DNA of 64,000 nt from Pseudonocardiaceae bacterium (GCA_009379815.1 WHSY01000002.1:22074-86073), one strand, 5' to 3'; shown: positions 28,061-36,843, counted from the first letter of the stretch. Made by a program: numbers and translations. The notes: a model not told the origin generated them from the letters alone.

Positions 28061-28797
28061 GCCGCTGCCGGCTCGAGCCCGAGACCCGGCTCCAGCCCGA
28101 GACCCGACTCCAGCCCGAATCGCAGCGCGCGGCCGGAGCTGGCCCCCACCCGGTCCAGCCTCGCGAGCGCCTGCGCGGCCCGCACGCGATCGCCGCCGGC
28201 CTGTGCGGCCAGCCAGCTGTGCGCCGGCTCGATGCACTGCCCCCTCGCGGCCCAGGCCAAGAACGCCGCGGCGACATCGGTCGTCACGACCGAGCCGGCG
28301 ACCGCGGCCAGCCCGGGTTCGGCTGCCGCGCCGTGCAGCGCTCGGGCTACCAGCAGCACGCCGGCCAGCACGTCGTCCCCGGAGGGTGTCAGGCCCGGCC
28401 CGCGCCCGCCGATCCTGCCTGCGAGCGCCGCGACACCATCGGACCGCAGCACCGGGCCGAGCCGATCGCCGGTCCCCGGCGGGTGCCGTCGCCGGTATCG
28501 CGCGAGCTCCTCGGCGCCCGGCAGCTGCCCGGTCCAGGTCGGCGCATCGAGGGGCACCGACCACTGCCGACCGTGCAACCCGGTCGGGTCGATGTCCACC
28601 GCGTCGCCCGGTGCCAGCTGCGGCAGCGTCGCCACCCGCAGGTGCAGCGGTCCGGACGGCGCGCGGCCGTCGGTCAGCGCCAGCAGGCCGGCCGGAAAGC
28701 GCAGGTAGGCCGCCGCCCGGTACACCGCGACCACCCGACCGGCCCCGCGGCGCCCCGCGACCCGGCGAGCACCCACACCGACGTCCAGCGTGGTCAT
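27976..28797 (-). CDS. DUF2877-like protein (YlbF/AllH-like)
   Basis: ATG 28797 overlaps the DUF1116 stop (ATGA), in frame with track ORF 27976..29316. GRGPGLTPSGDDVLAGVLL motif; ~273 aa as in YlbF. Its last 85 nt overlap the XRE-cupin gene on the opposite strand. Confidence 0.65.
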   Translation of the reverse strand: MTTLDVGVGARRVAGRRGAGRVVAVYRAAAYLRFPAGLLALTDGRAPSGPLHLRVATLPQLAPGDAVDIDPTGLHGRQWSVPLDAPTWTGQLPGAEELARYRRRHPPGTGDRLGPVLRSDGVAALAGRIGGRGPGLTPSGDDVLAGVLLVARALHGAAAEPGLAAVAGSVVTTDVAAAFLAWAARGQCIEPAHSWLAAQAGGDRVRAAQALARLDRVGASSGRALRFGLESGLGLEPGLGLEPAAAQLPGSEIHTALVSERPGFDQQYGRSVG

Positions 28798-30200
28798 CTC
28801 GCGCGCGCGAGCTCCAGCAGCGCGTCGACGAAGCAGGCCAGCGGCGCGGTCGCCACGCCGGCACCGACCTGTCCCGCTCCGGATCTCGCGTGCAGGATCC
28901 CGGTGTTCACCGTCGGTGTCACCCCCAGCTCGACGACCTGACGGACGTCGACCCCGAGCGGCGTCCCGGAAAAGCCCAGTGGTGGCAGCGTGAAGCGGCT
29001 GCTGCGGCTCGCGCAGATCTGCCGGAACCCCTCGGTCGCCGCGGCGCCGTCGGCCATCGTGCCGCCGAGGAACGCCGCCACTGCCGGGGAGCCCCCGGCG
29101 GCCGGCCCGCCGAGCCCGACGAGCTCGAGTACCGCGCTGTCGCCGATGTCGGGTGCCGCGTCGTCGGGCCCGTAGCCGGAGTAGTACAACGCATCGGCCA
29201 CCGGTGGCGCGTCGGTGACATACCAGGCGTCGGACCCCGGCAGCCGGATGCCGAACGTCGTCCCGTTGCGACTCATCGTGGTCACGATGCTGGAGCCGGG
29301 CACCTGCCCGGCCCATGCGGTCAACGAACGCGCCGCCCCCATCGCCAGGGTGAGGAAGAACAGGTGGTTGCCGGACAGGAACCGGGCCAGCTCCGTCCGG
29401 CTCGGGGCGGGCAGCTCCGCGAGGTGGGGCAGCCAGTTACGGATCAGCAGGTTGGTGGTGGCCTGGGTGCGCATGTGCAGGTCGTCACCCATGGCGACAC
29501 CCTGCGCGGCGAGTCCGAGGATGTCGAGCGAGCCGGCCTGGTCGACGACCTGCCGCAGCGCCGGGCCCGCCACGTCGCGCAGGAAGCGCAACCGCTCGAT
29601 CGCCGCGTCGGTGTCGCGTCCGAACCACGGCACCTCGCCGGGACCCTGGCTGATCGGGGCGAACGCGCGAGTCCCGCCGTCGGGGCAGTCGACGACCCAC
29701 ACCGGCGCCGACGGGCCGATCGCGCTGGCCATCGGCACCACGGTGTCGTGGTGGTTGGCCGGCGCGAGCCCCACCGTGCCGCTCTCGAGCAACCGGTGGG
29801 CCTGCGCCGTGTCCGCCGCCCAACCCTCCGCGACGACCGCCGCCCCCATCGACCGTCGAAGCGGGTCGCACACCTGTGGCCACTCGATCGCGGGTCCGCA
29901 GTGCAGCAGGGTGTTGCCGTCCATCCCCGGCACCACCTCGTCGGCCCGCGCCACCCCGACCAGCCACGGCACGCCCTGGTCGAGGCGGCGCAGCACCTCG
30001 GCGTTGGCCGCGTCCACCTCATCGGCGGCGGTGCCGTAGAGCCGTGCCAGCGCCGCCACGAGCGAGGTGTCACCCCCCGCCGGGATCCGCCAGTCGACCT
30101 GTTGCACCGGGCTGCCCTGGGCGGCCACCGCATCGGCGAACATCGGCAACCCGATGTTGATGACGTCGACCCGCTCGGGCAACGCCAGCTGACCGGGCAT
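28794..30200 (-). CDS. DUF1116-domain protein (YlbE/AllG-like)
   Basis: ATG 30200 shares one nt with the upstream stop (TGATG). MPGQLALPERVDVINIGLPMFADAVAAQGSPVQQVDWRIPAGGD is a typical DUF1116 N-terminus; 468 aa. Confidence 0.75.
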   Translation of the reverse strand: MPGQLALPERVDVINIGLPMFADAVAAQGSPVQQVDWRIPAGGDTSLVAALARLYGTAADEVDAANAEVLRRLDQGVPWLVGVARADEVVPGMDGNTLLHCGPAIEWPQVCDPLRRSMGAAVVAEGWAADTAQAHRLLESGTVGLAPANHHDTVVPMASAIGPSAPVWVVDCPDGGTRAFAPISQGPGEVPWFGRDTDAAIERLRFLRDVAGPALRQVVDQAGSLDILGLAAQGVAMGDDLHMRTQATTNLLIRNWLPHLAELPAPSRTELARFLSGNHLFFLTLAMGAARSLTAWAGQVPGSSIVTTMSRNGTTFGIRLPGSDAWYVTDAPPVADALYYSGYGPDDAAPDIGDSAVLELVGLGGPAAGGSPAVAAFLGGTMADGAAATEGFRQICASRSSRFTLPPLGFSGTPLGVDVRQVVELGVTPTVNTGILHARSGAGQVGAGVATAPLACFVDALLELARAR

Positions 30201-31705
30201 CACGAACCACTCCCATTCGTGTCGTTGACGACGGTCCGGGCGGTGTCGAGCAGTTCCTGTTCGGCCCGGTCGAAGCCCGCCGTGCGCTGTCGAGCCCTGA
30301 CTGCCAGGTCGGCCAGCGTCGTACGCAGCGAGGTGACCATCGTGGCCAGCGCCTCGGGCGCTGCGCCACCCTGCGCGCGGCGTGACAGCACGATCTGCCA
30401 GGGGTCGAGCACCTCCGACAGGTCGGCCCCGGCCAGCCCCCAGGACCGCCCGGTGTGCTCCAGTGCCGCGCGGTCGATCATCTCGCCGGTGATCCCCACA
30501 CCGGGGACCCCCTCGCGGCTGGCCGCCCGAACCGTGTTGCCGACGACCAGGTAGGCGGTGCGGTAGTCCACCCCGCAACGCTGCACGAGATCCTCCGCCA
30601 GGTCCGTGGCCTGCGCGTAGCCACCGCGCAGCTCCTCGGCCATCCGCTCGGGATTGACCCGCACGGTGCGCACCACACCGGTGATCAGCCGCGTGATCCG
30701 CAACGTCAGGTCCAGCGCGCGCGGGACCTCACCGTAGGCGAAGATCAGGTTGTCACTGCGCGCCGACGGGCTCTTGGTGACGGCCAGGAATCCCGTGAGT
30801 CGTCCGATCAGGACTCCGGACGCACCGCGCACGATGGACAGCGAGTACGGGTTGCGCTTCTGCGGCATCAGCACGCTGGCCCGCGTGTAGGCGTCGGCCA
30901 GATCGACGAAGTCGAACTCGCTGCTGGAGAAGATCTCCAGGTCCTCGCCGAGCTTGCTGAAGTTCGACAGCAGGCTCGCCGCGGTGGCCAGCAGATGGAT
31001 GAGCCCGTCGACCTGCCACATGGCGTCCCGGGTGTGCTCGATGACCCCCTCGAAGCCCAGCATGTTCGCGACGAAGCTGCGGTCATCGAGCAGCCGGGTG
31101 CCGTTCACGCAGCCTGCCCCGCCCGGGCTGCAGTCCACCCAGTCCAGCTCGTCGAGCAGCCGCCGCACGTCGCGGACCGTCGAGTACACGAACGACAGCA
31201 GGTAGTGCCCGAAGGTGGACGGCTGCGCCTGCTGCAGGTAGGTCTGATCGGGCAGCAGCGTCTCGGCGTGCTCGAGGGCCCGCTCGGCGGTCACCTCCGC
31301 GAAGGTGACGGCTTCGTCCGCCAGCTCCGCGAGCTGTCGGCGCAGGTGCAGCCGCAGCGCGATCCGGACCGCCTCCCGGCGCGGCCGCCCGGCGTGCAGC
31401 CAGCCTGCGAGGTCACCGATGCGGGCGACGAAGTAGTGCTCCCGGGAGTTGTAGGGCTCGCCGAGGGCCGGGTCGTACGGGAAGTCCTCGGCCGCCGTCT
31501 GCTGCACATCGAGCAGCAGGCCCAGCAGCCGGCGCTGCGCGTCGGCGGGCACGACACCGCGCCGGCCGAGGTCGAGCACGTGGGTGATGTCGGCCAGGTT
31601 CAGGCCGTTGTGCAGGAACTCCGCGTCGGCGTTCTCCAGGCTGAAGCCGGAATCCACCAGTTCCTGCGCGGGGCCGTCCTGCGGCGGGCCCTCCTGACGG
31701 GTCAT
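30200..31705 (-). CDS. Argininosuccinate-lyase-like enzyme (aspartase/fumarase superfamily)
   Basis: ATG 31705 overlaps the upstream stop (ATGA). Signature region TRASVLMPQKRNPYSL and QTYLQQAQPSTFGHY; 501 aa. Confidence 0.8.
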   Translation of the reverse strand: MTRQEGPPQDGPAQELVDSGFSLENADAEFLHNGLNLADITHVLDLGRRGVVPADAQRRLLGLLLDVQQTAAEDFPYDPALGEPYNSREHYFVARIGDLAGWLHAGRPRREAVRIALRLHLRRQLAELADEAVTFAEVTAERALEHAETLLPDQTYLQQAQPSTFGHYLLSFVYSTVRDVRRLLDELDWVDCSPGGAGCVNGTRLLDDRSFVANMLGFEGVIEHTRDAMWQVDGLIHLLATAASLLSNFSKLGEDLEIFSSSEFDFVDLADAYTRASVLMPQKRNPYSLSIVRGASGVLIGRLTGFLAVTKSPSARSDNLIFAYGEVPRALDLTLRITRLITGVVRTVRVNPERMAEELRGGYAQATDLAEDLVQRCGVDYRTAYLVVGNTVRAASREGVPGVGITGEMIDRAALEHTGRSWGLAGADLSEVLDPWQIVLSRRAQGGAAPEALATMVTSLRTTLADLAVRARQRTAGFDRAEQELLDTARTVVNDTNGSGS

Positions 31706-32709
31706 GCGGCTCCTCTCGTGGCACTGTCGAGCGCGGCGACGGCGGGGATCAACCCGCCGGTGTGCCAGTAGACGACCGGCCGCGACTCCCGGCGAGGCAG
31801 CCGGTCGGCGGTCGCCGCGAACGCCTTGGCGCCGTAGGTGTCGTCGAGCAGCAGCCCCTCGGTGTGCAGCGCCAGCCTGCCGCGGTCGCGGTCGGCCTCG
31901 GCGGCGACACCGAAGCCGGGCCCGCGACCGTCGACGATCTCCAGCAGGTCGAGCCGGGGCGCTGCCGCGCCCAACGCGCTCGCGCACTGCTGCGCCAGTT
32001 CCGCGATGCGCGACGAGATCTCCGCCGGGGGCCTGCTGACCGAGATGCCGAGCACCGGCCATTCCTGTCCGGTGACGGCGAGCCCCGCGAGCAGCCCGGC
32101 GCAGCTGCCGCCGGACCCGACGGCCAGCGCCACGAACGCCGGTGGCCCGTCGAGCTGGGCGACGAGCTCCGCGGCCGCCACCGCGAACCCGGCGGCGCCC
32201 ACTGCGGTGGACCCGCCACGAGGGACCGGATACGGGCGACGACCCTGGGACGCGAGCGCGGCGGCACGGTCCTCGACGGCGGCGTCGACGGCGTCGCGCC
32301 GGTCATCGCCGGTGCGGTGCAGCCGTGCCCCTGCCGCCGCGGCGAGCGCGATGTTGGGAGCGGCCGTGATGTCGCCCCACACCACGAGCTCGCAGTCGAG
32401 CCCGGCGGCGCGGGCGGCCAGCGCCGCGGCCGGGCAGAAGTTCGAGCCGGGGCCGCCGCCGGTGACCAGGACGTCGCAGCCTTCGGCCAGTGCGGCGCCG
32501 AGCAGGTACTCCAGCGGCCGGGTCTTGTTGCCCGCTGCGGCGAAACCCGCGAGGTCATCGCGCTTGAGCAGCAGCGGCCCGCAGCGCAGCGCGGCCTCCA
32601 GCCGGTGCGCGCGCACCAGCGGGGTGGGCAGCACGGCCAGCGGGAAGCGCGGCCACGGGACCTGTGGCAACGGGACCCGTGGCCGTGCAGGGGGTGGCGG
32701 CACAGTCAT
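31702..32709 (-). CDS. PLP-dependent ACC-deaminase / D-cysteine-desulfhydrase-family enzyme
   Basis: ATG 32709 overlaps the upstream stop (ATGA). PLP-lysine motif LLKRDDLAGFAAAGNKTRPLEYLL and a C-terminal LDDTYGAKAF. Confidence 0.8.
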   Translation of the reverse strand: MTVPPPPARPRVPLPQVPWPRFPLAVLPTPLVRAHRLEAALRCGPLLLKRDDLAGFAAAGNKTRPLEYLLGAALAEGCDVLVTGGGPGSNFCPAAALAARAAGLDCELVVWGDITAAPNIALAAAAGARLHRTGDDRRDAVDAAVEDRAAALASQGRRPYPVPRGGSTAVGAAGFAVAAAELVAQLDGPPAFVALAVGSGGSCAGLLAGLAVTGQEWPVLGISVSRPPAEISSRIAELAQQCASALGAAAPRLDLLEIVDGRGPGFGVAAEADRDRGRLALHTEGLLLDDTYGAKAFAATADRLPRRESRPVVYWHTGGLIPAVAALDSATRGAA

Positions 32710-34091
32710 GTCCACCTGCGCTGCGATGTCCACTCGGCGGCCTCGGCATCCCGGGCGGCATGCGCCCTGGCCAGCACCGTGTCGACCATGGTGGCGGCGG
32801 TGTCGATCGCGGGCCGCTGCATCCAGGAGCGCACGTCCGCGGCGCTGGCCACCCCGCGCTCGACCACCCCGCGCTCGACCAGCCCGCGACCCGGGTCGCC
32901 GCCGTCCTCGCGTAGCACCTCGTGCAGCAGCTGCTGGGCGCGATGCTTGCCGATCCGCGACGACAGCCCGGCCAGCACCCGCTCCGAGCTCAGCGCCTCG
33001 CCGTAGCGGTCGAGGTTGGCCGCCATCGCGCCGGCATCGACCTCGAGACCGGTGACCAGCTGTCGACCCAGCGCCAGCGCCGCCCCGGTCAGCAGGCATA
33101 CCTCGGGCAGTGCCGCCCACTCGGCCTTCCAGGCACGGCCGTCGCGCTCGCCGGCGGCGACCATCCCCTCGGTGAGCACCCCGGCCGAGGAGCGGGCCAG
33201 CCGGGCCAGCGTGTCGAGGTGCTCGCTGCCCTCGGGGTTGCGCTTGTGCGGCATGGTGATGCTGCTGACCGCGCCGGGTGGGGCGGCTTCCGCGAGCTCG
33301 CCGATCTCGGGCCGGGCGAGCTCGTAGACCTCGGCGCCGATCCGCGCGAGCGTGCCGGCGACCATCGCGAGCAGCTGGCCGAAGTCGGCGATGCGGTCCC
33401 GGCAGGTCAGCCACGAGATGCCGGGATCGGCCAGCCCCACCTCGGCGCAGAACATCCTGCGCAGCTCGGTGGCTGCAGGGCCGAAGAACCCCAGCGCGCC
33501 GACCGCGCCCCCGAGCTGGCCGACCAGCCAGCGGTCCCGGCCGTCGCGCAGCCGCTCGACGTGCCTGCGCACCTCGTCGGCCCAGGACGCAGCCTTGAGC
33601 CCGAAGGTGACGGGGGCACCCGGCTGGCCGTGGGTGCGGCCCGCCATGGCCGTGTCGCGGTGGGCGGCGGCCAGCTCGAGCAGTGACGCCTCGAGCGCGC
33701 GCAGGTCACGCCACACCACGGTGCCGACCTCGCGCATCACCACCCCGAACCAGGTGTCGGTGACGTCCTGGACCGTGACACCGAAGTAGACGTGCTCGCG
33801 GGCGTGCTCGGGCAGCACCCGCATCAGGCCACGGATGAGGCCCAGCGTCGAGTGCGAGGTCAGCCGGGTCTGCTCGGCCACGTAGTCCATGTCGAGCGCG
33901 TCGGCACGGGCAGCGGCGATCGCGTCGGCCGAGGCCGCCGGGATGATGCCCAGCCGGGCCTGCGCCCGAGCCAGCCCGGCCAGGATGTCGCACCAGGACT
34001 GCAGCCGGGCCCGCTCGTCGAACACCGCCGCGAGTTCCGGCGTGGCCCACAGGTGGGCGTACATGACCGAGTCGGTCAGGCGGGTGCCCAT
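32706..34091 (-). CDS. Adenylosuccinate-lyase / carboxymuconate-cycloisomerase-like enzyme (aspartase/fumarase superfamily)
   Basis: ATG 34091, in frame with track ORF 32706..34724. Signature VSSITMPHKRNPEGSE and MAGRTHGQPGAPVTFG; 461 aa. Confidence 0.8.
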   Translation of the reverse strand: MGTRLTDSVMYAHLWATPELAAVFDERARLQSWCDILAGLARAQARLGIIPAASADAIAAARADALDMDYVAEQTRLTSHSTLGLIRGLMRVLPEHAREHVYFGVTVQDVTDTWFGVVMREVGTVVWRDLRALEASLLELAAAHRDTAMAGRTHGQPGAPVTFGLKAASWADEVRRHVERLRDGRDRWLVGQLGGAVGALGFFGPAATELRRMFCAEVGLADPGISWLTCRDRIADFGQLLAMVAGTLARIGAEVYELARPEIGELAEAAPPGAVSSITMPHKRNPEGSEHLDTLARLARSSAGVLTEGMVAAGERDGRAWKAEWAALPEVCLLTGAALALGRQLVTGLEVDAGAMAANLDRYGEALSSERVLAGLSSRIGKHRAQQLLHEVLREDGGDPGRGLVERGVVERGVASAADVRSWMQRPAIDTAATMVDTVLARAHAARDAEAAEWTSQRRWT

Positions 34092-34975
34092 GCGGGCTCC
34101 CGTTGCGCGGCAAGGCGGCCCAGCGCCGTGCGGACCTGCTCGAGCGAGGAACCCCACGGCACCGAGACGCAACCCTCGCTCTCCTCGAGGTGCTCCTCCT
34201 GCAGGCAGCATTTGGACAGCACCGGCCCGGCGACCGCGACCGCCGCACGCCGCGGGCAGAAGTCGACGTGGGGAGCGTCGTCGCCGTAGAACCAGCGGTG
34301 GATCTGCCGCGAGCGGGTGCATCCCAGCAGCGTCCAGTCCGCTCGGTCCGGTCGTTCGTCCAGGTACGAGATCGTCGCGCCCGGCACCTCGCCGCCCGAT
34401 CCGCGGCAGGGCAACAGGTAGTGATCCGCAGGGCGGGTGGCGGCGAGTTCGGCCAGGTCGACCAGCTCGGCCACCAGTTCGATCGGGGGCAGCTCCTCGG
34501 CGACCGTGAGCACCCGGCGAGCCTGGTCGAGCAGCTTCGCCTGCTCCGGGGGCACCACCTCGCGCACCACGATGCGCAACGGGCGGGGGTCGATGATGAA
34601 GTTCACGTGCCCGGACCGACCGTGCACCACGACGGCGCGGGTGCCGGGCGCCGCTGCGGCTGCCGTGGCCGCCAGCATCGACGGGATGGCGGTGTCGGTC
34701 TCCGGCTCGTGCACGTAGGCGCACTCGTCGGGGCCTGCGAGCAGCGCGACGTCGACGACGGGAGTGAACAGCTCGGTATCGGACTCGCGGGTGACGGCGA
34801 GCAGCGCGGTCTGCGCGCCACGGCGCGCGACGACGAACCGGGTGCGCCGGTAGACCTCCCTACCCAGGAAGTGCGCGCGCAGCGAGGATTCCGCGAGCTC
34901 GACACCCGCCGGCAGCGTCGCGACGGACACCCCGCGGTAACGGCCGGGCACCACGTTCGGACCGTGCGGGATCAC
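34076..34975 (-). CDS. Hypothetical 299-aa protein with Cys-rich C-terminal region
   Basis: GTG 34975 overlaps the comA-like stop (GTGA); its 3' end overlaps the next gene by 16 nt. C-terminal cysteines in LLPCRGSGG, LLGCTRSRQIHRWFYG, DFCPRR, SKCCLQEEHLEESEGCVSVPWG. No family recognised. Confidence 0.55.
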   Translation of the reverse strand: MIPHGPNVVPGRYRGVSVATLPAGVELAESSLRAHFLGREVYRRTRFVVARRGAQTALLAVTRESDTELFTPVVDVALLAGPDECAYVHEPETDTAIPSMLAATAAAAAPGTRAVVVHGRSGHVNFIIDPRPLRIVVREVVPPEQAKLLDQARRVLTVAEELPPIELVAELVDLAELAATRPADHYLLPCRGSGGEVPGATISYLDERPDRADWTLLGCTRSRQIHRWFYGDDAPHVDFCPRRAAVAVAGPVLSKCCLQEEHLEESEGCVSVPWGSSLEQVRTALGRLAAQREPAWAPA

Positions 34976-35775
34976 GCCGGGCCCGATCCCACCGCGCCGT
35001 GCTCGCCGTTGCCCAGCACGCCATCCCAGACAGCGGTGTCCGATCGCAGCCCGAGGCGCAGCGTCTCGACGCCGAGCACGTCGGACAGTGCGACGTTGCC
35101 CAGGTTGACACCGGTCCCGAACCGGCGGACGAACCACGCCTGCTGGGCGGTTCGCGGCGCTTCGAAAATCACCCGGTCACGTCCCACCGCGGCGACCACC
35201 GCCTCGACCACGTCGGGCCGCACCCGTCCGGAGGAGGTGAAGGTCCCGACCGTGCCACTCTGCCTGCCCTCGGTGACCACGAGCTGTGCCCCCGCGTCGA
35301 GATCCGAGGACGCCTCGGCCGGCCAGTGCCGTGCCGCCAGCGCCTCGTCGGGCGACTTCGTGCCGACCTCGGCCAGCACGACGAAGTCCCTCGCGGCGAG
35401 CCGGATCAGCTCGCGCTTGTCGTGCAGGCTCATCGGTACTGTGCCGCGGGAGACCTCGACGTGGTCGAAGCCGGTCGCTGCGGCCCACTGCAGGCACTCG
35501 CCGGCCCTGCCCTGCGCCCAGGCGAGCTCCAGCAGGGTCCCACCCAGGCAGCTCGACACCCCGTGCTCGGCGAGCAACGCGAGCTTGGTCTCCAGGGCGC
35601 CGTCGAGATACGCGACGCCCCAGCCGACCTTCCAGATGTCGATGTACTGCGCGCCCGAGGCCAGCACGTCGGCCGCGGCCGCCGGCCCGACACCGGGGTC
35701 GATGACATGGGTCAGCCCGGTGCTGCGCGGCTTGGGCGTACGGTCGGGCAGCTCGAGGAAGCTCGCGTGGGCCAC
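34972..35775 (-). CDS. comA: Phosphosulfolactate synthase (ComA) family protein
   Basis: ORF 34972..35775 (GTG). FLELPDRTPKPRSTGLTHVIDPG, IDIWKVGWGVAYL, VLGVETLRLGLRSDT match ComA-family blocks. No SD; a TACCAT hexamer lies 6 nt upstream, so the transcript may be leaderless. Confidence 0.8.
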   Translation of the reverse strand: MAHASFLELPDRTPKPRSTGLTHVIDPGVGPAAAADVLASGAQYIDIWKVGWGVAYLDGALETKLALLAEHGVSSCLGGTLLELAWAQGRAGECLQWAAATGFDHVEVSRGTVPMSLHDKRELIRLAARDFVVLAEVGTKSPDEALAARHWPAEASSDLDAGAQLVVTEGRQSGTVGTFTSSGRVRPDVVEAVVAAVGRDRVIFEAPRTAQQAWFVRRFGTGVNLGNVALSDVLGVETLRLGLRSDTAVWDGVLGNGEHGAVGSGPA

Positions 35776-35828
35776 GCTTCGATGGTAGATCAGATAGTGG
35801 AGAAGCGCCTACTATCAGAAACGTACTC

Positions 35829-35870
35829 CGTGAGTGGCGATGCGAGTCCTTGCTCACATCACCGCCACGG
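35829..35870. repeat. Degenerate copy of the CGTGAGTGGCGATGCGAG palindrome family
   Basis: The left arm CGTGAGTGGCGATGCGAG (35829-35846) is identical to the arm at 56531. The partner arm has decayed (CTCACATCACCGCCACGG). It lies in the comA/PurM-like divergent region. Confidence 0.45.
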
Positions 35871-35892
35871 CAGCGATGCTCATGGAGGTGGC

Positions 35893-36843
35893 ATGCTCGG
35901 CGAGATCGTCGAGGCGGTGCGGTCGCACGCGGGGATGCGCGACAAGTCCGCGATCGGCATCGTCTCCGAGGTCCTCGGCGCGAGCGACTGGCTCGCCGGT
36001 CCGGGTGACGACGGCGCCGTCGTCGACGCCTTCGGGGGCAAGGTCGTGGCGTGCGGGGAGGCACTGTGGCCACCGTTCGTGCGGGCGGACCCGTTCGGGG
36101 CAGGCTTCGCCGCGGTGCTGACCAACATCAACGACCTCGCGGCGATGGGCGCGACTCCGCTGGGCATCGTCGACACCATCGTCGCTTCCGAGGACACGGC
36201 CCGCGCCGCGCTGCGGGGCATGCGTCACGCAGGCGAGCTCTACGACGTGCCGATCCTGGGCGGGCACCTGACCCCGCACGACGGCGAACCCGCGGTCTCC
36301 GCGTTCGGTGTCGGCAGCACCGGCCACCCGCTGTCGGTCACCCGGATCATCGCCGGGCAGAGCCTGCTGATGTGCTGCGCCCTCGACGGGCAGCTGCGTC
36401 CCGACTTCCCCTTCTTTCCCGCCTTCGAGCAGCGCGGTACCCGTTGCGCCGGGGATGTGCGGCTGCTCGCGCAGGTCGCGTCCTCCGGTGCCTGCGTTGC
36501 GGCCAAGGACGTCAGCATGGCCGGCCTGGTCGGTTCGCTGGCGATGCTGCTCGAGTGGGGCGGGTTCGGTACCACCGTCGACCTCGATGTGCTGCCCGTC
36601 CCGGCCGGGGTCGGCCTGCCGCGGTGGCTGACCTGCTTTCCCAGCTTCGCCTTCCTGCTGTGCGTCCCGCCCGGCCGGGAGCAGGAGTGTGCCGGGCAGT
36701 TCCACGACCGCGGCCTGCACGCGGCGACGATCGGCCGGATCGACACCTCGGGCGAGCTGAGGTTGCGGCTGGGCTCGGCGTCGGCGACGGTGCTCGACAC
36801 CAGCGATGCCCCGGTCACCGGCCTGGGCAGGGCGCAGCGGTGA
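35893..36843 (+). CDS. AIR-synthase-related (PurM-like) protein, probably sll0787 (Nit1C NitF-like) family
   Basis: ATG 35893 (GGAGGTGG upstream), in frame with track ORF 34999..36843. GPGDDGAVV and NINDLAAMGATPLG PurM-type motifs; 316 aa. Confidence 0.75.
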   Translation: MLGEIVEAVRSHAGMRDKSAIGIVSEVLGASDWLAGPGDDGAVVDAFGGKVVACGEALWPPFVRADPFGAGFAAVLTNINDLAAMGATPLGIVDTIVASEDTARAALRGMRHAGELYDVPILGGHLTPHDGEPAVSAFGVGSTGHPLSVTRIIAGQSLLMCCALDGQLRPDFPFFPAFEQRGTRCAGDVRLLAQVASSGACVAAKDVSMAGLVGSLAMLLEWGGFGTTVDLDVLPVPAGVGLPRWLTCFPSFAFLLCVPPGREQECAGQFHDRGLHAATIGRIDTSGELRLRLGSASATVLDTSDAPVTGLGRAQR

